DNA of 64,000 bases from Octopus sinensis (taxonomy: Eukaryota), in contig NC_043014.1 in NCBI RefSeq assembly GCF_006345805.1, positions 9,424,001-9,488,000 of the forward strand, written 5' to 3'. The notes beneath the pieces were generated by a model. The model was given only the letters and a program-made list of their open reading frames with translations. It made no database searches and was not told where the DNA came from. Positions 1-13,132 of the stretch are shown here, in pieces; within the stretch, counting starts at the first letter, position 1; every line of letters begins with the position of its first letter. A program made the position numbers and the translations under genes.

Positions 1-107
1 AAGTACTGGGCTTACAAAGAATAAGTCCCGGGGTCGAGTTGCTCGATTAAAGGCGGTGCTTCAGCAAGGCCGCAGTTAAATGACTGGAACAAATAAAGAA
101 AAAGAGA
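1..107 (+). mobile_element. SINE family A, 3' part (cut by window edge)
   Basis: Matches 3' half of full copies, e.g. 55093-55509 (GGCGGTGCTCCAGCATGGCCGCAG...GACTGAAACAAGTAAAAGAG). Confidence 0.85.
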
Positions 108-152
108 TATTTTAAGAGAAGACTAAGAATGATGTAGTTTCCAAAGTTCTTG

Positions 153-456
153 CTTGTTTGTTCCTTCTCAAGCCATGCTTGGCTCATAAGGGCCGGTTTC
201 CCGGTTTCTTTGGCGTATAAGTTCCCCAACCTGGACGGGAAGCCGGTCTGTCGCAGGTGGGCTGCAAGATGCAGGAGGAAAGAGTGAGAGAAGGTTGTGG
301 CGAAAGAGACAGCAGAAGTTCACCAATACCTTCTGCCGGAGTCGCGTGGAGCTTAGGTGTTTCGCTCATAAACACACATATCATCCGGTCTGAGATTCGA
401 ACACGCGATCCCTCGACTGCGAGTCCGCTGCTCTAACCACTAGGCCATGTGCCTCC
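153..456 (-). mobile_element. tRNA-derived SINE family B, tail type 1
   Basis: Minus-strand head GGAGGCACATGGCCTAGTGGTTAGAGC with Pol III A box and B box (GTTCGAATC); similar to 46138-46439. Confidence 0.85.
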
Positions 457-1107
457 ACTTTCCAACGTTCTTGATTGCGAAGAAATAAAACTTCGTTCGC
501 ATCTTAAACAAGAAACTTGATGATTGCGTAGTCAAACTTAAAGTGTATGCAGCGAAGCAAGAAAAGACAAACGCCTTACGATGTGTATGTGTGGACAATC
601 TGCAGTATGGAAAGAAAAAAACATACATTTTTGACTAATAATAACGTGCGCATGTCCCTCAATGACAGGCGGATGTGTGATGTTATACAGGAAGAAATTG
701 ATAACCGTACGGAGCGGAAGCTGTGTGTCAGCAATGTCATTAGATACCAGTATCTAATTTGAGACCCTGCCTAATCTGTGACCCTGCCATGTTTTAACGA
801 AATATCAATAGCAGCGGCTAGAATGCAATTACTTCCATTTAATCTCAAATTCTCAGACATCAAAGTGATCTACAAAGACATTAGTTCAGCCGACACTTTC
901 ACCTTATCCAATCAATTTCGTAATCTTTCCAAGAATAATGTCTACTGAAATCTTGAAAAAGATTTTGTTTTAATTTTGTGGAAGAAGTAGTTTTACTTGT
1001 CCCTACTTATCTGAATTTTAAGTTTTATTATTGCTCCAAGGTAGTGATCGGCTATCTGTGAACATTTACTACAAAGTATTAATGTGTATATTTTGACTAA
1101 AGAATCA

Positions 1108-1481
1108 TGTATGTATGTATGTATGTATGTATGTATGTATGTATGTATGTATGTATGTATGTATGTATGTATGTATGTATGTATGTATGTATGTATGTAT
1201 GTATGTATGTATGTATGTATTGTATGTATGTATGTATGTAAGTATGTATGTATGTATGTATGTATGTATGTATGTATGTATGTATGTATGTATGTATGTA
1301 TGTGTATGTATGTATGTATGTATGTATGTATGTATGTATGTATGTATGTATGTATGTATGTATGTATGTATGTATGTATGTATGTATGTATGTATGTATG
1401 TATGTGTATGTATGTAGGTAGGTAGGTAGGTAGTAGGTAGGTAGGTAGGTATGTATGTATGTATGTATGTATGTATGTATG

Positions 1482-1512
<31 letters not shown>

Positions 1513-1618
1513 TGTATGTATGTATGTATGTATGTATGTATGTATGTATGTATGTATGTATGTATGTTGTATGTATGTATGTATGTATGTATGTAGGTAT
1601 GTATGTATGTATGTATGT

Positions 1619-1658
<40 letters not shown>

Positions 1659-1667
1659 ATGTATGTA

Positions 1668-1698
<31 letters not shown>

Positions 1699-1791
1699 AT
1701 AAATGTACGTATGCATGTATGTATGTATAAATGTATGTATGTATAAATGTATGTATGTATGTATGTATGTATGTGCGTGCGTGCGTGCGTG
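1108..1791. repeat. (TATG)n microsatellite with (TAGG)n/(TG)n interruptions
   Basis: Directly visible; source of the MYVC/HTYI ORFs. Confidence 0.97.
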
Positions 1792-1812
1792 CATTTTTTA
1801 ATATATTTTAAT

Positions 1813-2123
1813 TTTATTTATGCACCCTTTTCAAGCCTAGCCAGGCTCATGGGCCCGGTTACCCGGTTTCTATATCGTATGTCCCCCCCCCCAGTTGGAC
1901 CGGACGCCAGTCCATCGCAGAGTTACTCAAGAAACAGGAAGAAAGAGTGAGAGAATGTTGGGGCGAAAGAGTACAACAGGCGGCGCCACCACCCCTTGCC
2001 CGAACCTCGTGGAGCTTTAGGTGTTTTCGCTCAATAAACACACACAACGCCTGGTCTGGGAATCGAAACCGCGATCCTCCCACCGCGAGTCCGCTGCCCT
2101 AACCACTGGGCCATTGCGCCTCC
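1813..2123 (-). mobile_element. SINE family B, tail type 2
   Basis: Head GGAGGCGCAATGGCCCAGTGGTTAGGGC...GGTTTCGATTCC; tail shared with 46761-47076. Confidence 0.85.
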
Positions 2124-2524
2124 ATATATTTAAATATACATACATATATATATCACAAGGTGGTAAATACATTTGTATGTATGTATGTATGAATGTATGT
2201 ATGTATGCATGTATGTACGTATGTATGTACGTATAACAGATTTATTATGTTTTCGCAGAGCAATGCTTTTTACACTGAAAGAGATCAGTACATCTGAGCT
2301 TCGGTTAAGAAACATTACTTCTTTAAAATATTACAGACACATCTAAAACCTTTGCACCAGATTTAAATAAATAAGAGACGAAAACATTTATGATGGCACA
2401 ACCAGACAATAAATATTCAGCAAATGTGGAGAGTAAACGAAAGATATTTTAAAAAGCCCCCTCATATAACAAACTAATAAATACTTTGCGATGAATTATT
2501 CGCTACTATTACGTATATACATAC

Positions 2525-2587
<63 letters not shown>

Positions 2588-2798
2588 TTATATATATATA
2601 TATATGAAACCTCGCTCAAAAAATATGTAAGATTACATAGTGCTATCCATTAAAATTGATAAATCGGAGTTGTAATACTACATTATACATGGCATACATA
2701 AATATGAGGTTATTTCAAACTTAAAACTTTGGGAAAAGTAAATATCAAACCCATGCACTTACATCCATCCATCCATACATCACCCATACATACATTGG

Positions 2799-2832
<34 letters not shown>

Positions 2833-2999
2833 ACACTCTCTCTATTTCTCTCTATATATATTATATCAATGTAACTATCGATCTATTTCTATATATATGC
2901 ATACACATATGTATATGTATACGTGTATAATATATATATGCACATGTATATATATATATAACCAGTTAATAAGAGTATTTATCGCTAAAGTGGGTTACT

Positions 3000-3460
3000 A
3001 TATGTTAAAGATAGACCTCAAATCGCTCTACCACGAAGAGTGTGTGCTGAAAAGAAATCACATCAAACGCCAGAATATAAAAATAAGTAAGAGAAATGAA
3101 AATATACAAGATAACACGATTATCTACGCATCCTGGTTTCGTTATCAACACCTGGACAATGTAAAGATGAGTGACAACCTGGCCACTGGTGGTGGTGTAA
3201 CACACCATACTAATCATATCTGTCGGGCATGTAGAAGAGAGTGTGTGTAATTCGGCAGGAGGACTTAAACGACATGCAAAGGTACATGAAGCCCAGTTAC
3301 AACTACAGCCGGCTATTACCAGTAAAGGTTTTAGTTGCCAATTCTGTACAAGACATTGCAGATCTTTAGCTGGGCTAAAACGTGACATTCGATCACAGCA
3401 CCAGTAACAGTTAAGCTTCGTGCAATGGCCATACTCGATAACGAGGGGGCAGCCATAATA
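3000..3460 (+). mobile_element. 5'-truncated RTE-like LINE 3' end with two C-terminal C2H2-type zinc fingers (frameshifted)
   Basis: HICRACRR/CNSAGGLKRHAKVH...FSCQFCTRHCRSLAGLKRDIRSQHQ* (stop 3405-3407; frameshift in AG/TG run ~3240), short 3' UTR ATGGCCATACTCGATAACGAGGGGGC, then microsatellite. Confidence 0.65.
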
Positions 3461-3462
3461 TA

Positions 3463-3464
<2 letters not shown>

Positions 3465-3493
<29 letters not shown>

Positions 3494-3541
3494 TGTATGT
3501 ATGTATGTATGTATGTATGTATGTATGTATGTATGTATGTA

Positions 3542-3572
<31 letters not shown>

Positions 3573-3895
3573 GTGTATGTATGTATGTTTGTATGTATGT
3601 ATGCGTGTATGTATGTATGTATGTATGTATGTGTGTGTGTATGTATGTATGTAAGTATGTGTGTATGTATGTATGTATGTAAGTATGTGTGTAAGTATGT
3701 ATGTATGTGTGTGTATGTATGTATGTATGTGTGTATGTATGTATGTATGTGTGTGTGTATGTATGTATGTTTGTATGTATGTATGTATGTATGCGTGTAT
3801 GTATGTATGTATGTATGTATGCGTGTATGTGTGTGTATGTATGTATGTATGTAAGTATGTATGTGTATGTATGTATGTATGTATGTATGTATGTA
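3465..3895. repeat. (TATG)n/(TG)n microsatellite
   Basis: Directly visible. Confidence 0.97.
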
Positions 3896-4694
3896 TTGAA
3901 TCTCAACAGAAAATTAAAGTTATTTGCGAATGTAAGACTGGGCAATTATTTAATCGCTATGCATCACAGCTGTATATTCGATCAGTGAAATTTATAAAAG
4001 AAGATATTAATAGGACTTTGTTGTGTTGCAAGAAGACAGGCAATTATTGAAGTCTACGGGAATCACTTAGTTAATAGATTCTTTAATATCATTTAGAAAT
4101 TTCTTTTGGAATCTCCTTGGAACTTTGATCTGAAAGTAATATTTTGTTCAGTCATTTAATACAGTAACTCATTAATAATTAACTAAATATGATGTATGTT
4201 GAATTATATCGCTTTAATACGAAGTCGGCCATTTTAAATTTGTATCGCAGTTAATTGACCAATCTCTTCGGGTATTTATGAAGTATTGATCTTTTCTGAA
4301 AATTTATGATCTTTTAAATTTCCCATACCTCGAAACTTTAGTCCATTCCTTATCTTTCCCTCTCCGCTCTCAGGAAATTCTCTCCAGGCAAATTCTAAAT
4401 ATTCAGAATAAAATAAAATTAACTAAATTACACTGAAGCCTACTTATACGGTATTCCGTGAAGATGATATATACTCGCGGGATGGAGCGTGATATTGCGA
4501 TGATATTTAGTGAAATTTATTTGGAACTTCATTGAGAATTATATAAGGCAAATGGAAAATCGATTTTCGACAACAGCTGTATGATAAATATTTTTATACG
4601 GAAGCACATACATTTTGGCAAAATGAGAGTCGATATATCGTAGAAGACTCTGGTGTAAGAGAAACAATGTTCGATTCTTCTAATATGAATTTAG

Positions 4695-4880
4695 GGCGGC
4701 GAGCTGGTAGAATCGTTAGCACACCAGTTAAAATGCTTCATTTTGTTCGTCTTTACGTTCTGAGTTCAAATTTATCCTTTCGAAATCGATAAAATAAGTA
4801 CCAGTTAAGCACTAAGGTCAATGTAATTGACTTGTTCTCACACTCGAAATGACTGGCTTTGTGTCAAAATTTAAAGCCAG
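4695..4880 (+). mobile_element. SINE family C, old single-unit copy
   Basis: GGCGGCGAGCTGG head, GAGTTCAAAT B box, CGATAAAATAAGTACCAGT body. Confidence 0.7.
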
Positions 4881-5091
4881 TTAAATAAGAATTAAAACAT
4901 ATGTGGGTATTTGTGTTTTATCGGGAAAAACCGAAGATTTGTAAGGCAGGCCTGTATATGTTTGAAATTTCTGTTTTTCATTGATTAGTCTAGCTAAAGC
5001 AAATTAATCCAATACTTTTCTTGGTACTTTTGCATTATTCAAATCCTCAGAATATTGTAAATAACTGATCATGAAATTATATAATCCTCAT

Positions 5092-5314
5092 ATCACCGTG
5101 ATCATCTTGACCGACCAGGCTATCAGATGTTGCTACACACTGCTGGTCACAATGCGCTTCGCATTGTTTTTTTAGCATTCAAATGACGCCACCCCGCTGG
5201 CTAAGCGGACTGGCCAACAGAAGAAAGAGTGAGAGAAAGTTGTGGCGAAAGAGTACAGCAGGGATCACCACCACTCACTGCCAGAGCTTCGTGGAGCTTC
5301 AGGTGTTTCCGCTC
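5092..5314 (-). mobile_element. SINE family B, tail type 3, head missing
   Basis: Matches 50391-50689 and 58799-59088. Confidence 0.8.
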
Positions 5315-5584
5315 TAACATTGGTTCCGAAGTAATCCATTTTCAGGGCTATCAAGATTTTTGTTATGCAGTGCATTCTTTATTGCTACATTAGCTAAAAA
5401 TAAACCGTTTTTCGAGGAACTAGCTGAATTCGAGTGCTTCCCAAGAAATTTCCATCTTTTAGTGTCTTAGGTCCATAGGCTCCCTAACCTGTACCCGGCT
5501 GTAAATACTTTGTCCTTGAATGTTTCTATGGAATCCATTGAATGTTTCTATAGAATCCATTCTATAGAATTATCTCTCCTGTAT

Positions 5585-5932
5585 AGCGTCAAAATAATAC
5601 ATCTGCTTGTTGTTTATACACATGCCTTCGTATTTAGTTTTTCTATAAATATCTGTATATTTAAAACCTTAAACAGGTAACATAACACATAGAACGGTAT
5701 TCCAAACATTTTAGTAATAATTGTAAAAATATTAATCCCCATTGCAAGCATAAGGAATTAGCAACAGAAAACCAAAATAATTCATGACAGAAAATGTTAT
5801 ATCGACGAAAATCATGCTGACATACTAATAACATTATGTTGTGGCGTCATCTGTGTAAATTCACAATGTATTTACTGAATTGGCCTTGGAATTTGTTTAA
5901 GAAAAAACATGGAACTTAGCTTGTATTCGCTC
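5585..5932 (+). repeat. Direct repeat copy 1 (~350 bp; copy 2 at 7485-7836)
   Basis: Alignable by eye from AGCGTCAAA(A/C)TAATACATCTGC to GGAACTTAGCTTGTATT(C/T)GCTC. Confidence 0.9.
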
Positions 5933-6378
5933 CTTTTTTGAATGCTTCTCTCTATGGATTGTTGTGTTTAGCCATGTTGCTCTTCGGTGGCTTCTTACCA
6001 GTTCTAATGATGTGGTTGTAATTTTGTTTTCCATTTTGCCTGTGACTACTTTTCTCTTTACATTATATCAATGTAGCTTTGGTTGGTTTGTGCTACGTCG
6101 GCTAAGTTTTATATTTAGTGGTACCCCTATTTTTTTGTTTATTTCGGTGCGGCAAAATATTAGGAATCGTAGAGACACTTTACCGGTTATGTTTCACTCA
6201 GACAACTTCCTCTTTGTATATCGCGCACCCCTCCCTACTCTTTTGGGGATGCATTCAGGCTGAGTCTTGTATTTCTTATTCGAGGTAACGGAGTATGCTG
6301 ATATGTGTGTGTTTCCTAGCAATTGCATTATTTGCAGGACTGTGTCATCTTTTTCTAGTTTTCTATATCTGCAGTAGT

Positions 6379-6630
6379 GGAGGTGCGCGGGTTAGTGGTT
6401 AGGGTGTTGAACTCATGATCGTAAGGTTGTGGTTTCGATTCCTGGACCGGGCGATGCGTTGTGTTCCTGAGCAAAACACTTCATTTTCACGTTGCTCCAG
6501 TCCACTCAGCTGGCAAAAATGAGTAATCCTGCGACGGACTGGCGTCCCGTCCGGGTGGGGAATTTCTACGCCACTGAAACCGGGAAACCGGCCCTTATGA
6601 ACCTGGCATGGCTCGAGAAAGAACATTTAT
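6379..6630 (+). mobile_element. tRNA-derived SINE with CORE/V-like central domain and tail type 1
   Basis: A/B boxes; central CCTGAGCAAAACACTT...CCACTCAGCTGGCAAAAATGAGTA; tail shared with 46138-46439. Confidence 0.8.
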
Positions 6631-7039
6631 TTATATCTTATGTCTGCAATAAGTGTCTTGTACTATCTTCGGTATGGCACCGGCTGGCTTGCTCACAGCA
6701 CTCAGAGCCGATTGTACAACAGGGGAATGAAGCGAAATGCGTTCGTCATCGTCATTGTCACCGTGAGAAAGAGGATGTTTAATGCATTTTGATTTACTAC
6801 AACAATATCAATCAAGTATTCTACTGACGAAGAGCATTCGTACCGAAACTCATGTGCTATTGGAAATATCGTCTGGAGAGAAAAATGTCCCATTTCCCAT
6901 TTCCACATACCAAATATGTCCCATATTTTCCATTTCCACATTTGTAATCCTAATACTATTGGTCATCCGAATTCCCATATTTAGCAGAGATATATTATTG
7001 ACCAAGAAATAAAAAAAAAACACATGTAAGAATATCAAA

Positions 7040-7290
7040 TGCCACGATAAGAATTTCTGAATGTGGCAATGATGTAAAGATACAAGAGTGTCATATATAG
7101 GACAGAAAGGCCAGCCATGCGTAAAGCATCGAAAATGATAGAAATTGTAGAAGAAACACACTAAAAAGATAGTCCAGTTATATAAAAAACATAAGCTAGA
7201 GAAAGACTTACCTTATATCGAAAATGCAGAGATGTAATAATCCGCGTTAAATCTCAAGGAATGTTGTATTCTGAAAAAAAGCAAATAAAA
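7040..7290 (+). pseudogene. Decayed GIY-YIG endonuclease remnant (Penelope-like)
   Basis: CKDTRVSYIGQKG...KHRK with YIGQ near 7094-7105; stops and frameshifts. Confidence 0.4.
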
Positions 7291-7424
7291 TCATTGTTAG
7301 ATACGGTAAAATATAAATGAATTTCACTTAAGACATACTCAAAGGAATAAGGAACTCATGAGTTAGTATGAATGCAGCAGACACACACACAATAAAGAAG
7401 GAAATATTTATCGAGAAATGTTAT

Positions 7425-7463
7425 TTCTTTCCGTTGAAGAGCGTATGCTCGAAACGTAAAGAA
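7425..7463 (+). ncRNA. Minimal type-I HHR-like motif (U6 family)
   Basis: TTCTTT-CCGTTGA-AGAGC GTAT GCTC-GAAAC-GTA-AAGAA; homologous to 48021-48058 and 48820-48858. Confidence 0.6.
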
Positions 7464-7484
7464 CATTTTTTTTCACTTTGCTCG

Positions 7485-7836
7485 AGCGTCAAACTAATAC
7501 ATCTGCTTGTTGTTTATACACCTGCCTTTGGAGTTTGATTTTTTCTATAAATTTCTGTATATTTAAAACCTTAAAGTGGTAACATAACACATAGAACGGT
7601 ATTCCAAACATTTTAGTAATAATTGTAAAAATATTAATCCCCCATTGCAAGCAAAAGGAATTAGCAACAGAAAAACAAGAGAATTGATAACAGAATATGT
7701 TACTTCGACGAAAATCATGTTGGCATACTAATAACATTATGTAGTGGCGTCATCAGTGTAAATTATGAATTTATTTACTGAATTGGCCAAGGAACTTGTT
7801 TAAGAAAAACACATGGAACTTAGCTTGTATTTGCTC
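7485..7836 (+). repeat. Direct repeat copy 2
   Basis: See 5585-5932. Confidence 0.9.
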
Positions 7837-8092
7837 TTATAAACCGAGAACATACGAAGCATAAGCTGACCAGGTGCAAATGTAAAGTTAGGATATACAA
7901 CGTTGTCACCTGAAATAGCATATATATTTATATGTTTATGTATATATATATATATATATATTATATTAAATTAGAGACAAAACCACTATTAGGCAAATCA
8001 TACAATGAAAAATTTAAGCCAATACATAAGATTATTTAATTTATATTATTTAAATATATAACAAAATTATTAAAAAAATATATAATTAATAT

Positions 8093-8158
8093 CACACTAC
8101 GATCGTTTCATGGCTGTTAATTTCTTTAAATTTTCGAGTTACAGTCATTTATCAGGTG
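8093..8158 (-). ncRNA. Minimal type-I HHR-like motif in PLE-type end (7960-8295)
   Basis: Minus: CAC-CTGATAA-ATGACTGT..ACAGCCAT-GAAAC GATC GTA-GTG; palindromic helix III ACGATCGT; G8>A in this copy. Confidence 0.65.
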
Positions 8159-8379
8159 GTTTAAATATTTATCTTGGCGAGGTTTAAACAATATATAATT
8201 AATTATTATTAATATTAGGGAAGTTATTTCCAAGTCCACAGGGGAGAGAAGTTCAATTTAGTGGTACAAAAATGAATTACTCACTGTATTATATACATAT
8301 TTATAGATAGGCTTAAGAGACAGAATGACCCTCAAGCAACTCAATCACCATTGAATTATATTATCTACAAGTTGCATCT

Positions 8380-8565
8380 CTTCCTTAAAAATAGTCGCCT
8401 TGCGTAACAATACAATGGTCCCAGCGCTCCTGTCATTTTGGGGAGTCCGGCCTGGAAGTCGTTTTCCATAGGCGAGTCGAGAACCTTCTGCGATTCGTTC
8501 TAGATCGCTACAATGATGTTAAAACGGTGACTTTGTGCTGATTTTCGTCCTGAAGAGACAGAAGT
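8380..8565 (-). mobile_element. Decayed mariner transposase C-terminus
   Basis: RFNIIVAI*NESQKVLDSPMENDFQAG..QERWDHCIVTQGDYF; related to 12741-13050. Confidence 0.75.
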
Positions 8566-8935
8566 TCAACGTTCCGACGATTCTGCCGCTCTACTGACCA
8601 TACAACACATACATAACGCAGAATCCATTCAATGCAATCGGAAATACAAACACCACACAGGTCATTTCACAGACTAACTGTGTGGAATGCTGCAGGTGAT
8701 ACTGTATTGAAAAGAGAAACCTATACTCTAATGAAGCAAGCTACTAATTAACGAATAACGTTTTTGAAACGAATGTAAATAATAATGGCTACACTCTCTG
8801 AAAATTCATTGAACTTCTAATTTTATAGCTATGCATATATATATATACATATATATATGTTATATATGTATATACATGTATATATATATATTGTATATAA
8901 TGCATATATATATATGTATAGTATATATATATACG

Positions 8936-8981
<46 letters not shown>

Positions 8982-9074
8982 TATATATATATATCTATAT
9001 ATGTTATATATATGTATATTGTATATGTATGTATATATATGTATATGAAATATATATATATGTATATGTATGTA

Positions 9075-9105
<31 letters not shown>

Positions 9106-9434
9106 ATATATATATTATTATATAATATATATATATATATATAGATTATATATATATATATACTGTTCTTACTGCTCTTTCAATTTTTTATGTATATGTC
9201 TGAAGCAGAAAATTTATTTTAATTCATTACAAGAAATTCACGCTGCTATATTTTGCTACTTCAGGAAATATAAGTGTGCCCTCAAAATGTCAAGTGCATT
9301 CTACCGACGTATCAGCAGGAATTACGTTAATTTCAGTATCCGTCTATATGTGCTGGTCGTTTTTGAAGAAATAGAAAGTTGGAGAAAAAGAGTGTCTTTA
9401 ATGTATTGATTTCAATTTAACCAAATGTAAGCTT

Positions 9435-11196
9435 GCCTCATGCTCTTTCAACTGAATCATTTAATTGCTGACGCCAACACGGTCAGGGACTCACAGAAAA
9501 AGAAAGGGATTATATCACCATTTTCAAATGCAAGCCCAGCCTTTTTTATGGCCTTCCTAAAATCCATAAAAACAAATACATCACCGAAGCCTGCAAACTC
9601 TCCACTGACATCCACATCAACATCAAAGCACCGGAGGACCTAAAACTAAGGCCCATCGTGGCGGGTACCTCCTGTGAAACACACCGCCTGAGTAACTTCC
9701 TAGACATCCTTTTGAAACCTTTCCTTACCCACATCAAAATTTCATTAGGGATGATCTGGACATGCTCAAACACACCCGAAAACAGTTAACGAGGAGGCAC
9801 TCCTGGTATCCTTTGATGTCATCAACCTCAACACCAACATTCCACATGAGTATGGTATAGAGGCAATTGACTTCTGGCTAGAAAAACACCCAGAGACATT
9901 CCCTGACCGCATTAACAAGTCTTTTATTACAGAATCTCTCAAGTTCATTCTGACAAACAATTTTTTATCTTCGACGACACACACTACCGTCAAAAATGTG
10001 GCATTGCGATGGGTACCAAGGCTGCACCAGTCCTTGCGAACCTCATAATGAGTTACTTCGAACTGTCACTCTATGAAATATCAAGCCAGAAATTTGGACA
10101 TGTTTTCCACACCTACCTAATGGAAAATGGAAAGGTATTTAGATGATTGTTTCATCATATGGAAAGAACCTATGAAAAACTCCTGGAATTCAAAACCATA
10201 ACTAAACAACATACATCCCAACATCCAATTCACTATGGAATTAAGCAAACATCATCTCCCATTCTTGATCTCCTAATTATAAAAACACCTAAGAACCAAA
10301 TCATAACAGACATCTACCACAAACCTACAGACTCACACAATACCTCCTCTTTAGTCATGCCACCCAAAACACACCAAGACAAATATCCCTTTCAATTTAG
10401 CTAAAAGGGTATGCACCATTGTCTCGGATCCAAAAACACGAGAAATACGCCTTCAAGACCTCAAAAAACACTATTACAAACGTCAATATCCTCCCCTTAT
10501 ATAGTTATGGAAATAAAACGCGCCAAAGAACTAGACAACACTACACTGAAACCACCCAACCTAACCAACACACACACCTCAAAATACTTCCATACATTTC
10601 CACCCACAACCCCAAAAATATCGAAGCATACACCACAATCATACAAAACCTCAGTCTACTGTCAACAGACCCAAAATGAAAAAACATTATAAATACACAC
10701 AAAATCCTCAAATGCAAAAGGCAACACAAATCTTTAAAAAACTCTTGACAAATGCCAAACTTCAACACCACAACCACCCCCAACAGTAAAAAAATGTGCA
10801 CGCTCAAACTGTGGTACCTGCCCCTTTCTACTTGAAGGCTCTGAATTTACCTTCAAACAAGGTACGAAGTTTAAAATCAAGACTAACTTCTCCTGTTCCT
10901 CCGAGAACCTTATCTACTTCTCACATGCGCTGGTTGCCAACATAATTATGTTGGACAAAAGAGTCTCCGTTACGTAAACGAGTAACGGTGCATAAAGAAC
11001 AAATAAATCTCCCGGAATACCGACAAATTCCACTGAGTGACCACTTAGACTCATGTGCTAAAGACTAAACCCCAAATTCTATATATTCCCCTTCTACCAA
11101 TGTAAAGACGGGATCACCACACAGGAGAGAATTAACAAGGAGAATCTCTTTATTGAAAAATTCCAAACACAAATTAATATGCAAACTCCTCGTTGA
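9435..11196 (+). mobile_element. Penelope-like retroelement (probably Neptune-type), decayed RT + GIY-YIG ORF
   Basis: Across frameshifts: FYGLPKIHK, LRPIVAG, LVSFDVINL, GIAMGTKAAP, YLDDCF, FLDL, DIYHKPTDS, CARSNCGTC, CSSENLIY, CAGCQHNYVGQ, RVTVHKEQI. Confidence 0.92.
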
Positions 11197-11668
11197 TCAA
11201 ACTTCCTTCTCTACCTCACTCTTCATGGATGGACTAACACAAATATATAAAGATACCATGCATTCATCACTTCAAGCTAAAACTTATATTCTTTAAATAT
11301 CATTTTTACTATTGTTGTTATTACTATCATTTTTATTATAAATGATATGACAATTTGAAATGCAATTGTCTATGCAGATTTAGTAATTAGAAAAAATATA
11401 AAAAAGTGTTAAAATCTGAAAGTTAAGTTAGAAGCAATTATATAAAAAAGATAACGCAAATGAAGCTAAAAATGATAATTTTATAATTGGGGTTTTATTG
11501 AAGAACTCAAAGAGTTGTCTCCCTTACTCACAACACAGGAACTGAAGAACCAGAACCACAATTACTACTACTTCCTGTCCTGCAAACATGCTGATTTAAC
11601 AACACAACACATGCTCTTAACCTTTGGATCTTAACACCTCAAGGGTAAAAAAACTTTTAAAACATAAA

Positions 11669-11708
11669 TATTCTTGACAAGTCATACAATGACGAAAACG
11701 GTTGAATA
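11669..11708 (+). ncRNA. Decayed minimal HHR in the 3' region of the Penelope element
   Basis: TATTC-TTGACAA-GTCAT ACA ATGAC-GAAAACGGTT-GAATA: helices I and II intact, core mutated relative to CTGACGA. Confidence 0.6.
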
Positions 11709-12090
11709 ATATAATTTATATATTTATCAATTTCTCATTTTATTAAAATTTCTTTCATTTGAGCATTCTGCATTTTTTAAAAAAATTTCTTACTTATCAT
11801 TTCTCCACTGTGCGGTCAACACAACCCCACCATTTATTTGATCTATATATATATATATATATATATATATCATTGGGTGTGTGTGTGTGTGTGTGTGTGT
11901 GAATATATATATGTATGTGAAGCAATAATAACGCAGTGAAACGTTATACAATGATAATTTATACGTATAATTTTAAATACGATTCTTTCAGTATACACAA
12001 TAAGTGCAATACATAACACTACCATGCAAGTTGCATATATATATATATATAATATATATATATATATATGCGTGTGTTTGTGTGTATGGT

Positions 12091-12424
12091 GGAGGTGCAA
12101 TGGTCCAGTGGTTAGGGCAGCAGACACGCGGTTTCAGTTCCCAGACCGAGCGTTGTGCTTATTGAACGAAAACATCTAATGCTCCATGAGGCTTTCGGTA
12201 GGGGGGTGTGACTTTCTCTCACTCTTTCTTCCTGTTTCTGATGTACCTGTATTTCAAAAGTCCAGCCTTTTCACACTCTGTGTCACGCTGAATCTCCCCG
12301 AGAACTACGTGAAAGAGTACACGTGTCTGTGGAGTGCTCAGCCACTTGCACGTTAATTTCACGAGCAGGCTGTTCCGTTGTTCGGATCAAGTAGAACCAT
12401 CTTCGTCGTACCCTGCAGGGTGCC
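12091..12424 (+). mobile_element. SINE family B, tail type 4
   Basis: Family B head plus tail matching 35176-35360. Confidence 0.8.
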
Positions 12425-12459
12425 GTAGTAATATATATGTTTGTATGCATGTATGTCTT

Positions 12460-12496
<37 letters not shown>

Positions 12497-12649
12497 TGAA
12501 TGTATGAATGTATGTAAATATATTCTATTTCTATTCCTGAGCGCCATACTAATACATTTGTTTGTTTGTACGCCACTTGCCTTCGTCTTTTGTTTATTTT
12601 CGTAAACCTTCCCGTTATATTTATATATATGTATATACATATCTATAAG

Positions 12650-12688
<39 letters not shown>

Positions 12689-12740
12689 GCATATATACAT
12701 ACATACATACATACACATATGTATATATATATATATATAT

Positions 12741-13050
12741 ATGCCAAGTGGTATGGAAAGTTTTCCGAAGTAGCTAAGCTTAATAAAACATAGCAACTTA
12801 ATTACCTAAGTTGTAATATATTTTCCTTTAAAATAGTCGCTTTGCGTTACAATATAATGGTCCATGCGCACTTGTCATTTGAGGAAACCGTCTTGAAATT
12901 CGTTTTCCATAGGTGAGTGGAGGACCTTCTGCGATTCTTTCTAGAACTCTACAATGGTGTTAAAACAGTGACTTTGAGCGGGATTTTTCATCTTGATGAA
13001 GAGCTAGAATTCAGTAGGTACGAAATCTGGCGAATTGAGCGAGTGTGGGA
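12741..13050 (-). mobile_element. Decayed mariner 3' fragment with TIR remnant
   Basis: PHSLNSPDFVP (cf. PHPPYSPDLAP)...ESQKVL...DYFKE; TIR-like AGTGGTATGGAAAGTTTTCCG near 12748. Confidence 0.75.
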
Positions 13051-13132
13051 ATTTGAATTCAGAACATAAAGACGGTCGAAACATCGCTAAGCTTTTAGCC
13101 CGGTCTGTTAATTATTCCGCTAGATCGCTGAG

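Noticed and set aside
1084-1794. Long ORFs such as MYVC/HTYI repeats, and the many YI/CV/HT/IYLS ORFs elsewhere
   Set aside because: Translations of stop-free microsatellites.
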